From a virus, in the IMG/VR virus record IMGVR_UViG_3300025030_000046, positions 1 through 64,000 of that record: a stretch of DNA of 64,000 bases, one strand, 5' to 3'. This document shows, piece after piece, positions 32,648 through 44,374 of the stretch. Positions within the stretch are counted from its first letter, which is position 1, and each line of letters opens with the position of its first letter. The translations under genes and the position numbers were made by a program. Under the pieces are notes generated by a model, which did no database searches, was not told the origin of the DNA, and worked only from the letters and a program-made list of their open reading frames with translations.

Positions 32648-33655
32648 TTATTCTCTAATTTTATATTTATAGTTATTAAAAAGATTCTGCCATATTTCTA
32701 TACCTTTATCATAAGGAGAGTCTTTTGATTTCAGTAAATTGTCTTTATCATAAACATACTGCACATTTGTAAACAAAGAAAAAGGAGTGATTATTTTATA
32801 TAATTCCTTCTCCGCAACATCTTTATCAAATGCGAATATGATATTGCATTTTAATGACAATAATAATTCAACCTGTTTTTGTGTCATTATTTTTGTCGAA
32901 ATGCTTACCACGTTATCGAATCCAAAACTATCTAAAATCATAACTCCCTTTTCGGCTTCAACCACAATTACTTCATTTTTTAATTTTATATTTTTCATGT
33001 TTTGATTTAACCCAAAAAGAAAATCATTTGTGCCAATAGAGTTATAATATATATATTTTGCAATACCGAGGTCTTGGTAATTTTGGTATAACGTCCTTGC
33101 TTTAATAGCCAATATTTTATGTTCTACATCTTTTATAGGAAACACAATAGCGTTGCTTTTTTCATCATACCTTACCTCATATTTATCTAAAATCTCTTGA
33201 GACATCCCTTCTGTCAACCATTCTTTTATTGGCTTATTAGTATATTGATTCATAATATTCTCTGGTAAATAAATGCGATTTAAATTATCTCTAGGATCTT
33301 TTTTGATGTTGCTTTTGTATAGAAAATCCATAATTTTACTAGGTTCTTTTTCTTCTATATCTATGTCAACCAATTGCAGAACATGTTCTACTGCTTTCGG
33401 GAAAGATAATTTGTGATATTGCATTATAAAATTAATCAAATACCCTTTACTGTCACAGCCCATACACTTATAAACATTTTTTTCTGAATTAAAACTCAAC
33501 GATGGATTAATATCTCCTCCGTGAAAACAACAAGGAGTCCAGTATTCGTTAGATCTCCTGCCCACACCTTGTCTTAATTCTAAATACTGGCTGGCATATT
33601 CTACGATTGATATTGAATTATTAATTTGTGTAATTTGTTCAAAAGCATATTCCAT
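32648..33655 (-). CDS. DNA primase (CHC2 zinc finger plus TOPRIM)
   Basis: CCFH..D.NPS...YKCMGC, VIVVEAEKG, FAFDKD. Confidence 0.85.
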   Translation of the reverse strand: MEYAFEQITQINNSISIVEYASQYLELRQGVGRRSNEYWTPCCFHGGDINPSLSFNSEKNVYKCMGCDSKGYLINFIMQYHKLSFPKAVEHVLQLVDIDIEEKEPSKIMDFLYKSNIKKDPRDNLNRIYLPENIMNQYTNKPIKEWLTEGMSQEILDKYEVRYDEKSNAIVFPIKDVEHKILAIKARTLYQNYQDLGIAKYIYYNSIGTNDFLFGLNQNMKNIKLKNEVIVVEAEKGVMILDSFGFDNVVSISTKIMTQKQVELLLSLKCNIIFAFDKDVAEKELYKIITPFSLFTNVQYVYDKDNLLKSKDSPYDKGIEIWQNLFNNYKYKIRE

Positions 33656-33671
33656 AATGCCACCTTTTATA

Positions 33672-35018
33672 TTATAGATTTATTCCTTCTTTTGGCTGTT
33701 CTGGAGCTTGATAAATAGTCATCTTATTACCATCAAATACACAAGAAATACTTTCATCATCATTCATTTGTGCGCCAAGTCTATTTACTTTAATTTTCGC
33801 CTTATAATTGCCAACTTTCTTCCAGTCCATTCCTGCAATTTCGCTATCAGATTTCTTGCTCCAATACACTACTGTACTTACGTATCGTGCAATTTGGTCA
33901 GAATCGCCTATTTCATTTTGTTTATTTAACTGTGCCAATGATAATACTGGTATTTTTAAATCACCAGCGACTTCATTTTTAAGAGTATTGGTTAACGATC
34001 CTAGCTTTAAATAAGTTTCACTAGCGGTTGTAGCACTTGTGCATTTTAGATAATCGTAAACTAAGAAATTCATACCATACTTGTATTTAAGCATTTTTGC
34101 TGTAGTATATATTTTTTCAGAATTCCATGATGGATCGTAAATATGTATTAGTTTTTTAGATTTTATCCATGTAAGAGATTTTCTTAATCTTATTTCTTCT
34201 TCTATGCTATATGAACCGTTTTTTATATCTCTTACATTAACTTGCGCTAAATTTGCCAATGCCCTGACTGTAAATTCTTTGGTTGAGAGTTCGGTATCAA
34301 AATATCCTACAACAGCACCTTGCTCTAGCAGATTAATTGTTTCATTGAGACTGTAAGCCGACTTTCCATTTTTATACCTAGCAGCAACTAATATTAGACT
34401 GGTTGGAGAGTAATCAAAATAATCATTGAATAAAGGTATTTTAGACTTAAAATTATTATTGTTACTATTGCTGTCTGCTTTGATATCTTCCCAAATTCCG
34501 TCAATTATGTCTGCCATAATAGTGATTTCTTCTCTACCTATAATATATTCTTCACTTAGCTTATTTACGGCATCGTATATATCTCCACTTAAAATACTGA
34601 TATTATCTTGGTCTACATCTAAGCAAATATTATCAAACTTTTTTAGCTGTTTATGTAGCTCTCTTTTAAAAGCCAACGCTAAAACTCTATTTACTAGAAT
34701 TTTATATTCTTCTACTGAATTTCTTGAAACACTCTTAGAAAGATTTATATAATTTTCTAAATCTATTCCAAATTTATCGAAAGTACTTTTCATATTTTCA
34801 TTGCTGTTCATTATCGCAGAAAGATTAAAACTATCTATTGTTTCAATTCCCTGCTTAACTAGTTGGTTGATTCCCCAATATAGACTTGCTGATTCTTTAT
34901 TGTAAAAATGTGTATATTTTAATTGGTCACTATGCAAACAGAATGTTGGATTATAAATCAAAGTTGCGATTATTCCTGCCTCTGCTTGAGTGTCTGATAC
35001 AACTGGATTTTTTGACAA
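33672..35018 (-). CDS. DnaB-like replicative helicase
   Basis: AEAGII N-terminus, Walker A AARYKNGKS, DTEL, VYDYL, LAQLN, KVNRLG. Confidence 0.88.
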   Translation of the reverse strand: MSKNPVVSDTQAEAGIIATLIYNPTFCLHSDQLKYTHFYNKESASLYWGINQLVKQGIETIDSFNLSAIMNSNENMKSTFDKFGIDLENYINLSKSVSRNSVEEYKILVNRVLALAFKRELHKQLKKFDNICLDVDQDNISILSGDIYDAVNKLSEEYIIGREEITIMADIIDGIWEDIKADSNSNNNNFKSKIPLFNDYFDYSPTSLILVAARYKNGKSAYSLNETINLLEQGAVVGYFDTELSTKEFTVRALANLAQVNVRDIKNGSYSIEEEIRLRKSLTWIKSKKLIHIYDPSWNSEKIYTTAKMLKYKYGMNFLVYDYLKCTSATTASETYLKLGSLTNTLKNEVAGDLKIPVLSLAQLNKQNEIGDSDQIARYVSTVVYWSKKSDSEIAGMDWKKVGNYKAKIKVNRLGAQMNDDESISCVFDGNKMTIYQAPEQPKEGINL

Positions 35019-35043
35019 AATAACACCTCCTATTTATAATGAG

Positions 35044-35069
35044 AAGGGGTAGTTACCTACCCCTTTTTT
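35044..35069. terminator. Hairpin (possible terminator) between the SSB and helicase genes
   Basis: aaggggtag-ttac-ctacccctt. Confidence 0.5.
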
Positions 35070-35073
35070 AAAA

Positions 35074-35454
35074 TTAAAGTTCAAACGGTTGCTCATCTTG
35101 GTTTGAGCTAGGGCTTGGTTTGTCATTAACTTGATTTGACTTACCATCTGCAAATCCAACTTGATCTGCTATAACTTCTGTTGCAAAGTGTTTTTTCTTT
35201 TCTGTATCTTCCCAACTGCGTGTTTGTAAACTTCCACATACAGACACACGCAAACCTTTTGTAAAATACTTGCTTGAGAATTCTGCGGTTTTCCCCCAAG
35301 ATACAATAGGAATAAAATCTACTTCTGGCTGCCCATCTTTTTTAAATTTTCTATCAACGGCTAGTGTGAAATTACAAACACATGTATTATTTCCACTGGT
35401 GTATCTTGCTTCTGGTTCTTTTGTCAATCTTCCTACTAGGCATATGTTGTTCAT
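35074..35454 (-). CDS. ssb: Single-stranded DNA-binding protein
   Basis: MNN..LVGRLTK.PE.RYT, FTLAVDR, GSLQTRSW, acidic PF tail. Confidence 0.93.
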   Translation of the reverse strand: MNNICLVGRLTKEPEARYTSGNNTCVCNFTLAVDRKFKKDGQPEVDFIPIVSWGKTAEFSSKYFTKGLRVSVCGSLQTRSWEDTEKKKHFATEVIADQVGFADGKSNQVNDKPSPSSNQDEQPFEL

Positions 35455-35477
35455 TATTAATCCTCCATTAAAATATT

Positions 35478-36131
35478 TTATATTTTGTTTATGTCTTGCA
35501 AACATTTTGTTGCTTGTTCTACGGTTTCAATTTTGCTAGGGTTTCCACTAACATGATAACTTGCTAAGACATTTTTTATCTTTGTTTTGGTTTCTTCGTC
35601 TTTATCTGCCTTTGTTTTTGCAAGAACCATAATATCTGATACTAATGATTTTAATTTTTCATCTACGGGTTCGCTAGGCTTATTGCTGGGTTTGTTGTTC
35701 GGTTTATTATTTTCTTTCTTTTGTGTTTTTGCTGATTTATCAGAATCAAAATCATCATCATTATCCGCTATGTTAAATGCATTCATCAAACTATATCTCT
35801 TTGCATAAGTAAGCGTTGCTCCACTATTCTGTGCTTTATTTGCTCCCTTAACTTCTGCTTTTTCAATATCGAATTGATAATCAACCTTGTCTTCAGAATT
35901 AGCATCGGCTAGAGTTAATATTGCAGTATAATAACCTTCTTTTGTTTCGTGAGTTTTTAAATTGAAGATTGATATCAATTCATGTTCTTCTAATAGTGGA
36001 TTTAAAGTTTTTAAGATATCGTCAGGCTTAAAATAATCATAATTGCTAAATGTGTTTTTCCCATCTTTTCCAACTCTAAAAGCATTACAAATTTTTACTA
36101 TCCTTTTTTTAACGCTTAATATTTCGCTCAT
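35478..36131 (-). CDS. ERF-family single-strand annealing protein
   Basis: KDGKNTFSNYDY, AQNSGATLTYAKRYSL...DDD.D. Confidence 0.88.
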   Translation of the reverse strand: MSEILSVKKRIVKICNAFRVGKDGKNTFSNYDYFKPDDILKTLNPLLEEHELISIFNLKTHETKEGYYTAILTLADANSEDKVDYQFDIEKAEVKGANKAQNSGATLTYAKRYSLMNAFNIADNDDDFDSDKSAKTQKKENNKPNNKPSNKPSEPVDEKLKSLVSDIMVLAKTKADKDEETKTKIKNVLASYHVSGNPSKIETVEQATKCLQDINKI

Positions 36132-36151
36132 GTTTCCTCCTGTTTTATATT

Positions 36152-36748
36152 TTATTTTATTATTTTTTCAAGTAAATAACTTGATTCAATATCGGCAGTA
36201 TGTAAGGTAATAATTGCTGGATATTTCTCGCTGGATTTATTATAGGCTTGCTTCATTTCATATTCCTCTGGTATCCCCATATGAAACAATATTGCCATTA
36301 CCTCAAGCTCTGATAGTCGCAAAAACTTTTGAAGAAGAATTACTGATTTGCTGCCATGCCCTAAAGGCAATTGGTCTTCAATTTCCCACACTTCTTTTTC
36401 AATCCAGTTATCAACTTCTTTGCCATATCCATTAATTTTTTTACCATCCTTTACGTTCTTTAATCCTTTCTTATAAAAATTACACTTACACAGATCATGC
36501 AGCAATGAACAAATAATTATTGTATCTTGAGATAATCCTAAATTAAAATATCTATTTTTTTCTTCAAAAAGCTCTTTTACTTTCCAAGAATGTTCAGCCA
36601 ATCCACCCTCGTAATTACAATGGTACTTGGTACTCGCTGGAGCTGTGAAATAATCTGTCTTACTCTCAAGGTAATCAATTAGCTTATCAATTCCTTCTCT
36701 TTGAACAGAATTTAAAGCATTGAGTATTTTTTCTTTATATTCGCTCAT
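36152..36748 (-). CDS. HD-domain hydrolase
   Basis: APASTKYH...GGLAEHS, LLHDLCK, GHG, HMG, HTAD. Confidence 0.85.
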   Translation of the reverse strand: MSEYKEKILNALNSVQREGIDKLIDYLESKTDYFTAPASTKYHCNYEGGLAEHSWKVKELFEEKNRYFNLGLSQDTIIICSLLHDLCKCNFYKKGLKNVKDGKKINGYGKEVDNWIEKEVWEIEDQLPLGHGSKSVILLQKFLRLSELEVMAILFHMGIPEEYEMKQAYNKSSEKYPAIITLHTADIESSYLLEKIIK

Positions 36749-36876
36749 CTTTACTCCTTTCTTTTATTTTTATATTTAAACCCTTTCGGGATTAATAAAG
36801 TAAATCTATGTAAATTTAAAACTTAAAGCAATCTATATTAACCCACCATCCGCCACCATAAATCTCCCCCGTTACT

Positions 36877-37344
36877 CTAATCCCAAACTTTAAAAAGTTC
36901 CTCAGTAATATCAATATTAACTATCTCGTAACCTTCAATTTTATTTTTCCTAGTTTGCATAGTGTCTCGCAATGGAAGTGCGGAATAAATGCATTTGTGC
37001 AAACTATAAATTGTGCTTAATAGCCTTTTGAACGCCTTCCACCCATACTTATAATCACTATATTCTTTTTGTAATCTTAATCCTGATATTTCTTGTCCCA
37101 ATTCTAATGCTTCAGTCTCTAATTTCACGCATAAATTAGAATAATATTCTGGATTATGGTCAAACATTTCTAACAAATTAGTATATTCTCTAACAAGTTC
37201 TGATAAAACTTTCATTTGTTCATCTAAATACTTATATTTATGATGCATTTTTCTATCGTCTAAACTCTTTAAGGCTCCTAAAATTTCATCTTTTATATAT
37301 CTGATTATTTCATATCGAAATAATACATGTTGTTTATTTGCCAT
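36877..37344 (-). CDS. Hypothetical protein
   Basis: 155-aa ORF in the operon. Confidence 0.6.
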   Translation of the reverse strand: MANKQHVLFRYEIIRYIKDEILGALKSLDDRKMHHKYKYLDEQMKVLSELVREYTNLLEMFDHNPEYYSNLCVKLETEALELGQEISGLRLQKEYSDYKYGWKAFKRLLSTIYSLHKCIYSALPLRDTMQTRKNKIEGYEIVNIDITEELFKVWD

Positions 37345-37829
37345 ATTCCATCCTTCTCTACTTCAATTTCTTCTGGCAATAACTCCTCTTTAACTTCTTC
37401 AATTTTATCTACTATGTATTTAGCGTTTTCGTGTTTGCCATCTTTATTAAACCTAGTTACCCCCATAAATATTCTAACTGCTGATTGTTCATTCAACGCT
37501 TCAACAAAAGTTGTTCTTGTCATTGCATTATACCGAGTGTTTTCTGTGTAAGTGATGTTAAATTTCATTTTTTATTTCCTCTCTTTATATCTTCAATATT
37601 TTTCAATTCTTCTTGCGTTAATTTTTCTAATTTATACCCATGCAGTTTAGCCATTATTCCCGTGTACCTATCTTCTCCTAGTATTTCTCGAATTGTGAAT
37701 CCTTCTTTTTGCATTGTCATATTCTTCTCCTTTTAATTTTATATTTTACTTAATTGCTATGAAATGAAAATTTTATTGAAATATTGATTTCTACATCCTT
37801 ACTCCTGCAAGGGTTTCATTTTTACAAAT

Positions 37830-38772
37830 TTATTTATTAAGATGTTTTAAAATATGAACAATTACATCAACAGTCCACCCATTACCACATGCTTCATATC
37901 TTTCTTTTTTCTTAATTCCATCAATCAATGTATAATTATCAGGCAATGTTTGAAGCCTTTCAACTTCAATAGGCGTAAACTCACGAATATTATAATTTTC
38001 ATCAATAATACCATTTGGATTAATTCTTCTTAATGTAAAAGCTTTGCCATTACTTCTTACTGCATTTCCAAATTTTTTACTATTTCCTATTTGTGTTGCT
38101 GTATTTTTAAATATACATTTGTTGACTTTTGATTTATCATAATTAGTGTAATCTAATCTAGTCCTCGGCAAGTATGTATGCACAATATTATTTTCAATTA
38201 TGTCATCAATATAAATATGTTTGTCTTTTGGCTGCGTTATATCTGGTATGTTTGTCCAATATAATCTTTCTCTTGATTGAGCTGATACCAATTCACTATT
38301 AATCAATATTGGGCTAACACCTAAAGCATTTGTGATAATTCTCTTCCATTTTTCAGCCATTTTTACATTTTCTAATAAAAAATATTTTGGTTTAACATCT
38401 TTTAAAATTCTTATATATTCCCAAAATAAATATGAATAACCTTCAAATTCAAATCCGTTTTCTTTTAAATCCAAGTATTGGTCTAATGCCGTAATATCTA
38501 TTTTGTCTTTTGTAGACATTCCTCTCATTGACCCTGCAAATGAAAATGACTGACATGGACTACCCCCCAATTATAATATCTATATTTCTATAATCTTTCA
38601 CATTAATATCTCTTACATCACCTATTTCCACCGTATTTGGAAAGTTCTTCTTTGTAATATTAATAGAATAATCACAAATTTCACTTGCATAATATTTTTC
38701 TACTGGAATATCTGCCCTCTGTAAAGCTAATTGCCCACAGCTAATTCCATCAAACAAACTTAATACATTCAT
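37830..38772 (-). pseudogene. DNA (cytosine-5) methyltransferase split by a frameshift in a G6 run (38563-38568)
   Basis: LSLFDGI motif I in 38560-38772; GSPCQ, LENV, QSRERL, ERLQT and GNGW in 37830-38570; G5 would give IIGGSPCQ in frame. Confidence 0.85.
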
Positions 38773-39129
38773 TTTTACCTCACTGTTTTATATTTTACTT
38801 AATTGCTTTAAAACGAGAATTTTACTGTATTTTTTCTTCTCATTTTTATACTAATACGGCATCATAACTCCAAAATTCCCTTTTGCAATTAATTTATCTA
38901 CAATAATTGAATCATTATGCTTTAAGTCTTCTTTTCCAAGAACATTAAAACATTGTGCTAATATATCGCATTGGAAAGAAGTAAATTCTTCTTTGTTTTG
39001 TAATATAGCCCGCATATTTTTTTAAATTACCTTTTCTAATTTCATTACTCATTGTTTTTCTCCTTTCTATAAAAATCCGATTTTATTGCAAATTGCATTT
39101 CTGAACACCTACTTTCACTAGGTTTTCAG

Positions 39130-39176
39130 ATTTGCCTATTTTTAAAATTTGCTTATTTTTAAAATTTGCTTATTTT
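39130..39176. repeat. 17-bp tandem repeat ATTTGC(C/T)TATTTTTAAA, about 2.8 copies
   Basis: Copies start at 39130, 39147 and 39164. Confidence 0.7.
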
Positions 39177-39793
39177 ATCTCATCTTTCCATGAATTGTCT
39201 ATTTCTCCAACAGATCTGTAACTAGCAACTGATTTACTTAAAGTTGAGTATAATGAATCTGTACCAACACTACTTGCAGTATAATTTGAAGCAAATTGTC
39301 CTTGGATTCCAAAGTTTTGTGCAGTATCAACTGCATCTATATTTGCTCCTAAAAATAAGAACTGCCAATTGTACTGATTAGTTTGAAGCTCAATCATTTC
39401 TTTAACTTTAGCTTGAGTAAATTCTCGGCTTGAATTTTCTTGACCATCAGTAGTAATTACGAATATAACTTTAGATGGTTTGTCATTTTCTTCAGTTTTA
39501 CTTAATCTTTCGCCTACAGTATTGATTGTCTTTCCTATTGCGTCCAATAGTGCAGTCATACCTCTAGCAAAATATTGTTTATTGGTTAACTTTTCTACTG
39601 ATTTAATGTCCACTCCATCATGTAAAACTTCATATTGGTCATCAAATAATACTGTTGTTAGAACCGCTTCTCCATCTTCTTGTTTTTGAGTTTCAACAAA
39701 TGAATTAAATCCACCTATTGTATCATTTGTAAGATTACTCATTGAACCACTTCTGTCTAGAATAAAGACTATTTCTGTTAAATTTTCTTTCAT
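39170..39793 (-). CDS. vWA domain protein
   Basis: MIDAS DRSGSM, TALLDAIG, ITTDGQENSS, FLGAN. Confidence 0.9.
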   Translation of the reverse strand: MKENLTEIVFILDRSGSMSNLTNDTIGGFNSFVETQKQEDGEAVLTTVLFDDQYEVLHDGVDIKSVEKLTNKQYFARGMTALLDAIGKTINTVGERLSKTEENDKPSKVIFVITTDGQENSSREFTQAKVKEMIELQTNQYNWQFLFLGANIDAVDTAQNFGIQGQFASNYTASSVGTDSLYSTLSKSVASYRSVGEIDNSWKDEIK

Positions 39794-39839
39794 TTTGTTC
39801 CTCCTAATTTTATATTTTTATTTAAAAGTCTTATTTTAA

Positions 39840-40253
39840 TTAATTTAAGATAGATTCAATCTCATTAAGTTCTAATTCAACCTTTTTGCCATCTGATAAC
39901 AATTTGATAAGCTTATCTTCCATCAATTTTAGCTTACTCTCTTCTGCTTTATGTGAAATAATTGCTATTCTGGCTTTAATGTCTGTGATCCAATCCTCTG
40001 CTTTATACCCGCTAATTATGTAGTCATCTAATACATCTAAATCTTTTGCGGAAATCACATAGGAGTTTAGCTTAACCATAAGTGAAATCAAATCTGGCTT
40101 CGTTAAAACTTGAATACTATATCTGACAGCATCAATCTCAAGAGAACAATTTGTAATTGGCGAAAACCTCGTTGATTTACTCAATTGAGCCTTCTTACTT
40201 TCTATTTGCTTCTTTAAAAGCATAATTCTTTGGTCATTTGTTTCATTATTCAT
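39840..40253 (-). CDS. Hypothetical phage protein
   Basis: 137-aa ORF coupled to the upstream 366-aa ORF. Confidence 0.65.
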   Translation of the reverse strand: MNNETNDQRIMLLKKQIESKKAQLSKSTRFSPITNCSLEIDAVRYSIQVLTKPDLISLMVKLNSYVISAKDLDVLDDYIISGYKAEDWITDIKARIAIISHKAEESKLKLMEDKLIKLLSDGKKVELELNEIESILN

Positions 40254-40255
40254 AA

Positions 40256-41356
40256 TTAATTCTTATCCTTTCTATATAATTTATTATTTTTTAAATATTG
40301 GCACTTCAATGATGGTTTAAAATTATTATAAATTTCTTCTATAGTTCCGCTAAATAAAGGCTCTATGAAAATGTATTTTCTATTGCCTCTCCAATAATCA
40401 CCTTCGTAAGTATAATCATTTTGACTTTTAGGACGAACATAAAAACCATTTTTATTTTTGAGTTCTGTATTATTTAAGCTGCTATATTCTTTTGCTTCTA
40501 ATTTTTCATAATATCCATTAATATTTCCATAAAAAACACGATCCCACCAATATGAAGTTTTTTCTTTAAATTGCAATTCGAAATCTTCTAATGTTCTTAA
40601 TTCATATATGTCTTTATTTACATCATAAGGCGAATAATATGAATTGCATTCTAACTTATCAAATATTTCCGAATAATTACCTATACAATTATCGTCGATA
40701 CAAGAAATTATTTTTCCGCCAATGCTTTTGTATTTTATAAAATTGTCATCTTTGTTTTGCTTGTAAAACCAAAAATGCAATCCTTCATTTTCTCCATAGT
40801 AACCATACGCATCAAATCTCCCGATATAAATAATCTTTTCATTTTGATTTGTTAAGTATGTCGCCCCTATAATTAAATCTTTTGATTTGATTGAGCTTTT
40901 AGAATGAACTAATTTGTTAAATTCAGTAAGCTCTTTATAGTCTGGCGAGTCCGTTGGGATTAAAACTAAATCCTTTCCATCCCACCCATATACAAAATCG
41001 CCTTCTAGCCCCTTACCTTTTGTAGAGGTAGTGTTTTCTAGAATGTATAGAAGGTTGGGGATGGTAATTTCAAACTCAAATCCCCTTGGATCATAAACTC
41101 TACAATATGTTTGTCTGTGATTCCATCCAGTATCATAACCACCTGCCTTTTTATTAAGGACAAATCCAGATGTTGGGACATTTTCTGTAATAACATTCTC
41201 AATTTTCTTTTCTCTCCAGCTATTCCATGATGTTTCTTTTCTCAATACTCCTTTCTGGTCGTAATAAATTATGTAAGCTAACTTTTTTGTATATGTATCA
41301 CTTCTATTTTGAAAGCCTACATTAATTTTTTCTGGAATAAAAATATTACTTTTCAT
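40256..41356 (-). CDS. Hypothetical phage protein
   Basis: 366-aa ORF with RBS; RVYDPRGFEFEIT motif. Confidence 0.7.
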   Translation of the reverse strand: MKSNIFIPEKINVGFQNRSDTYTKKLAYIIYYDQKGVLRKETSWNSWREKKIENVITENVPTSGFVLNKKAGGYDTGWNHRQTYCRVYDPRGFEFEITIPNLLYILENTTSTKGKGLEGDFVYGWDGKDLVLIPTDSPDYKELTEFNKLVHSKSSIKSKDLIIGATYLTNQNEKIIYIGRFDAYGYYGENEGLHFWFYKQNKDDNFIKYKSIGGKIISCIDDNCIGNYSEIFDKLECNSYYSPYDVNKDIYELRTLEDFELQFKEKTSYWWDRVFYGNINGYYEKLEAKEYSSLNNTELKNKNGFYVRPKSQNDYTYEGDYWRGNRKYIFIEPLFSGTIEEIYNNFKPSLKCQYLKNNKLYRKDKN

Positions 41357-43015
41357 ATATTCTCCTCTCTTTTATATTTTCAATCAAAAGCACATTTGAA
41401 TTAAATTTTAAATCTATATTCTTCAATGTTGCTTAACGCTTTAGTTAATAATTTTTCTAAATCATTGTCTCCACAAATGTATAAAAAATCTCCATTTATA
41501 TCATTCAAACACATCTCATAATTGTTGTCTTTAAACTTTCTTATTTTGATATCTTTAAGTTTAATTCCTATTTCTCCTCGCATAATTCCTCCTACTTTTG
41601 TTAAAAGAGTTATTTCGTATTAATTTTATTTTTTATATCAAATAAATAACTTGATATATCTTGCAAATTTAAACCTATGTAAACCAATATTCCCAATACA
41701 TTAATTTCAAAATGATTAAATGTATTTACTTTCATTAAATAACTTGTAAGTGCTACTAAAATTATCACATTTGTCAATTGTTTAATTCCATTCGACATAA
41801 GTATCTCCTTTTATTCATTTGGCATTTCATAAACTACAATATATTGATGGTCATGTGCTGGTTGAATATCTCGTAATGTTTCCTGTATATTGTCCATTAC
41901 TTGTAACGCCCTTTCCTCTGTGTCATAAATGCCTAATGTAACAATTATATTTTCTATTGAGCCAACTATTTATTTACTATTATTTTTAGCAAGTGATATT
42001 AATTTAAAATCTCCCAACCCACCTTTACTTTGACTTCTTATCCACATAACTTATCTCCTCCTTATAATAGTCGCTTACACCTTCTTCAAAATTTTCACAT
42101 TCTCCGAACTCATTAATTACTACCAAAGTATTTTCTAAACTATCAGTGCAACTATCTTCCCAATATTTCTTGCATTTTGTATTTCTACAGTGTAAAAACA
42201 TAATTAAAACCCTCCTTTTCAATCAAATATGCGTTTGAATCAAATTTCTCCATTCCAAGTAGCAAACTCTATATAATCGTTTTCCATTTGCTTTGTATCT
42301 TTTATATTTTGTTTTATGCTACTTTCATATATCCGTACTATTAATTTTGTCATATCTACCATATTATAGTTAATTTCTGTTTGCCAATCAGGATTTCGAA
42401 AATATTCTAATTTTATTTTTCCATTATTGTTACTAAAGTGACGCGTAATTAACTGAGTGGAAAATATTCTTCCTTTCTTATTAAGCGTTATGACACAACC
42501 TTCTAAATATCTTGCATCATCTTGACCATATGGTGATATTTCAACTTCATATTTATTTCCTGTTTCTGAGCTTACAATAGGATATTTTGAGTTAATACAT
42601 CCTCTATATGTATAATTTTTCATACATCAGAGCATTCATGATTGTAAGGCTTAAATATAATTTCTCTTTTCCCATCTATCCACCTTTTCCTAGCATTTTC
42701 GAGTTCCGTATTAGTTCTTTCTAGGCACTTTTTGCATTGACATCCATATTCCGTTAACATACAATCCTCCAATCTCATTAAAATGCAAGGTTTATTCAAT
42801 TTCTTTATCTACCCAAATTGGTATAACTCCATTTTTATATCTTTTTTCTGTTTTCATAAATTTCATATAATTCTTCATATGGTAGTTTTTCAAGAAGATT
42901 CAAAAGGTCGGCTTTATCTCCATAATATAAAAGACATTCCTCTTCGCTTATTGTTTTCATTATTTTTTCAACTATATCAAACATATAATCCGCCTTTCTA
43001 AATCAAACACAATTT

Positions 43016-43378
43016 TTATTTAGATTTTTTATTTAACTCAACAATACGATCAATTTCCTCATCCGACCAATTAGAAGGACTCATAGACTCACCCTCTGGC
43101 TCCCATACAAACTCATTTAATGGTTTATGCATACTGCAAGCACAACAATATGTAGCTCCGTAGAACCAAGGATTTCTCGCATAAGTGGCAGCAATTGTTT
43201 CTGGCATTGATGTAACTGTACCGCATGTTAAATGTTTATAACTTTTACGAAATGGTTTTATATAACCCTTGGTCAATTCTTCTTCTGAAAGCACTAGATA
43301 TGCTTTGTTTTGCTCTACTGGCTTATCATCTATGCCATATTTTAAATCTGGATTATTTATATCCGTAGTCAAACTCAT
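43016..43378 (-). CDS. Hypothetical Cys/His-rich phage protein
   Basis: HLTCG...YCCAC..H. Confidence 0.65.
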   Translation of the reverse strand: MSLTTDINNPDLKYGIDDKPVEQNKAYLVLSEEELTKGYIKPFRKSYKHLTCGTVTSMPETIAATYARNPWFYGATYCCACSMHKPLNEFVWEPEGESMSPSNWSDEEIDRIVELNKKSK

Positions 43379-43398
43379 CTGTTTTTCTCCTTTATATG

Positions 43399-43878
43399 TT
43401 AATTATTTTCAAAATTATAAATAGTCACATCATAATTCTCAAATATTCGGTTAATCATATCGTAAACAACATTCCAGTCTCCGCCACCTAATCCACAACC
43501 AAGATTATAAGGAATAGCCACTGAGTAACCATTGAGAGAACTATTTGTATTATTAACTGCTTTATATACAATTTTTAAAGCCTTTGCTAATGCTGCATAA
43601 TCTGTCTGTTGAATATGTGTTCCATAATTACTTTGTCCACATAGGTTAGCTATAATTTTATTATCATGTGTAAATACACCAAATATAACTTCTCCTAATA
43701 ATGATTGATTCTCTGACAAATATTCTTTACAAATATGGCGATAATTTGCATAAACGTACGGATATTTCTCTTTAATCTGGTAAGCTAAACCTCCACCCAT
43801 AACACCCATACAATTAACTTGATGACAAATTATATCTTCTGTCGCTTCTAGGATATTGCCTTCAACTATTTTAATCAT
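43399..43878 (-). CDS. Macrodomain protein (ADP-ribose processing)
   Basis: GNIL, ICHQVNCMGVMGGGLA, IPYNLGCGLGGGDW. Confidence 0.9.
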   Translation of the reverse strand: MIKIVEGNILEATEDIICHQVNCMGVMGGGLAYQIKEKYPYVYANYRHICKEYLSENQSLLGEVIFGVFTHDNKIIANLCGQSNYGTHIQQTDYAALAKALKIVYKAVNNTNSSLNGYSVAIPYNLGCGLGGGDWNVVYDMINRIFENYDVTIYNFENN

Positions 43879-43900
43879 TTTGTTGCCTCACAATTATATT

Positions 43901-44374
43901 TTACTTACTTAATTTTTCTATTTCGCTTAATAGGTGCTGTATCATTGCCCTATTATATGCAATCTTCAACCCTGTTTTTCTACTGTAATTATCTTCTTTA
44001 TTACACTTGGCAACACCTTTGCTGCCATCTTCCAAAATAACTATGGTGGCTATGTCTTTATGCATAACTTTTCCTCTTGATGCTGGTACATAAAATTTAC
44101 TCGTGTTAACTTCACCAGTTGACGTATTTCTTTCAATAAATTCTTGTGTGTGTCCTTTATACTCTATTATCTTATGTTCTTCTTGTCTTACTCGGTTATT
44201 TTCAGATATCTTCACACTATCAGTCACTATAATATTCATGTTTTCTAATTCCTTTCTGTATTTAACAGCATCATTAAAGTCTTTAAATCCTTTTCTAATG
44301 ATTTTATTTGCTATCTGCAATTTTGCCATCCATCTTTGCTTATATGTATCAAAATAAACACCAGTAACACTCAT
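43901..44374 (-). CDS. Protein with N-terminal AP2-like DNA-binding domain
   Basis: VTGVYFD..KQRWMA...F.DFNDAVKYRKELE. Confidence 0.6.
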   Translation of the reverse strand: MSVTGVYFDTYKQRWMAKLQIANKIIRKGFKDFNDAVKYRKELENMNIIVTDSVKISENNRVRQEEHKIIEYKGHTQEFIERNTSTGEVNTSKFYVPASRGKVMHKDIATIVILEDGSKGVAKCNKEDNYSRKTGLKIAYNRAMIQHLLSEIEKLSK

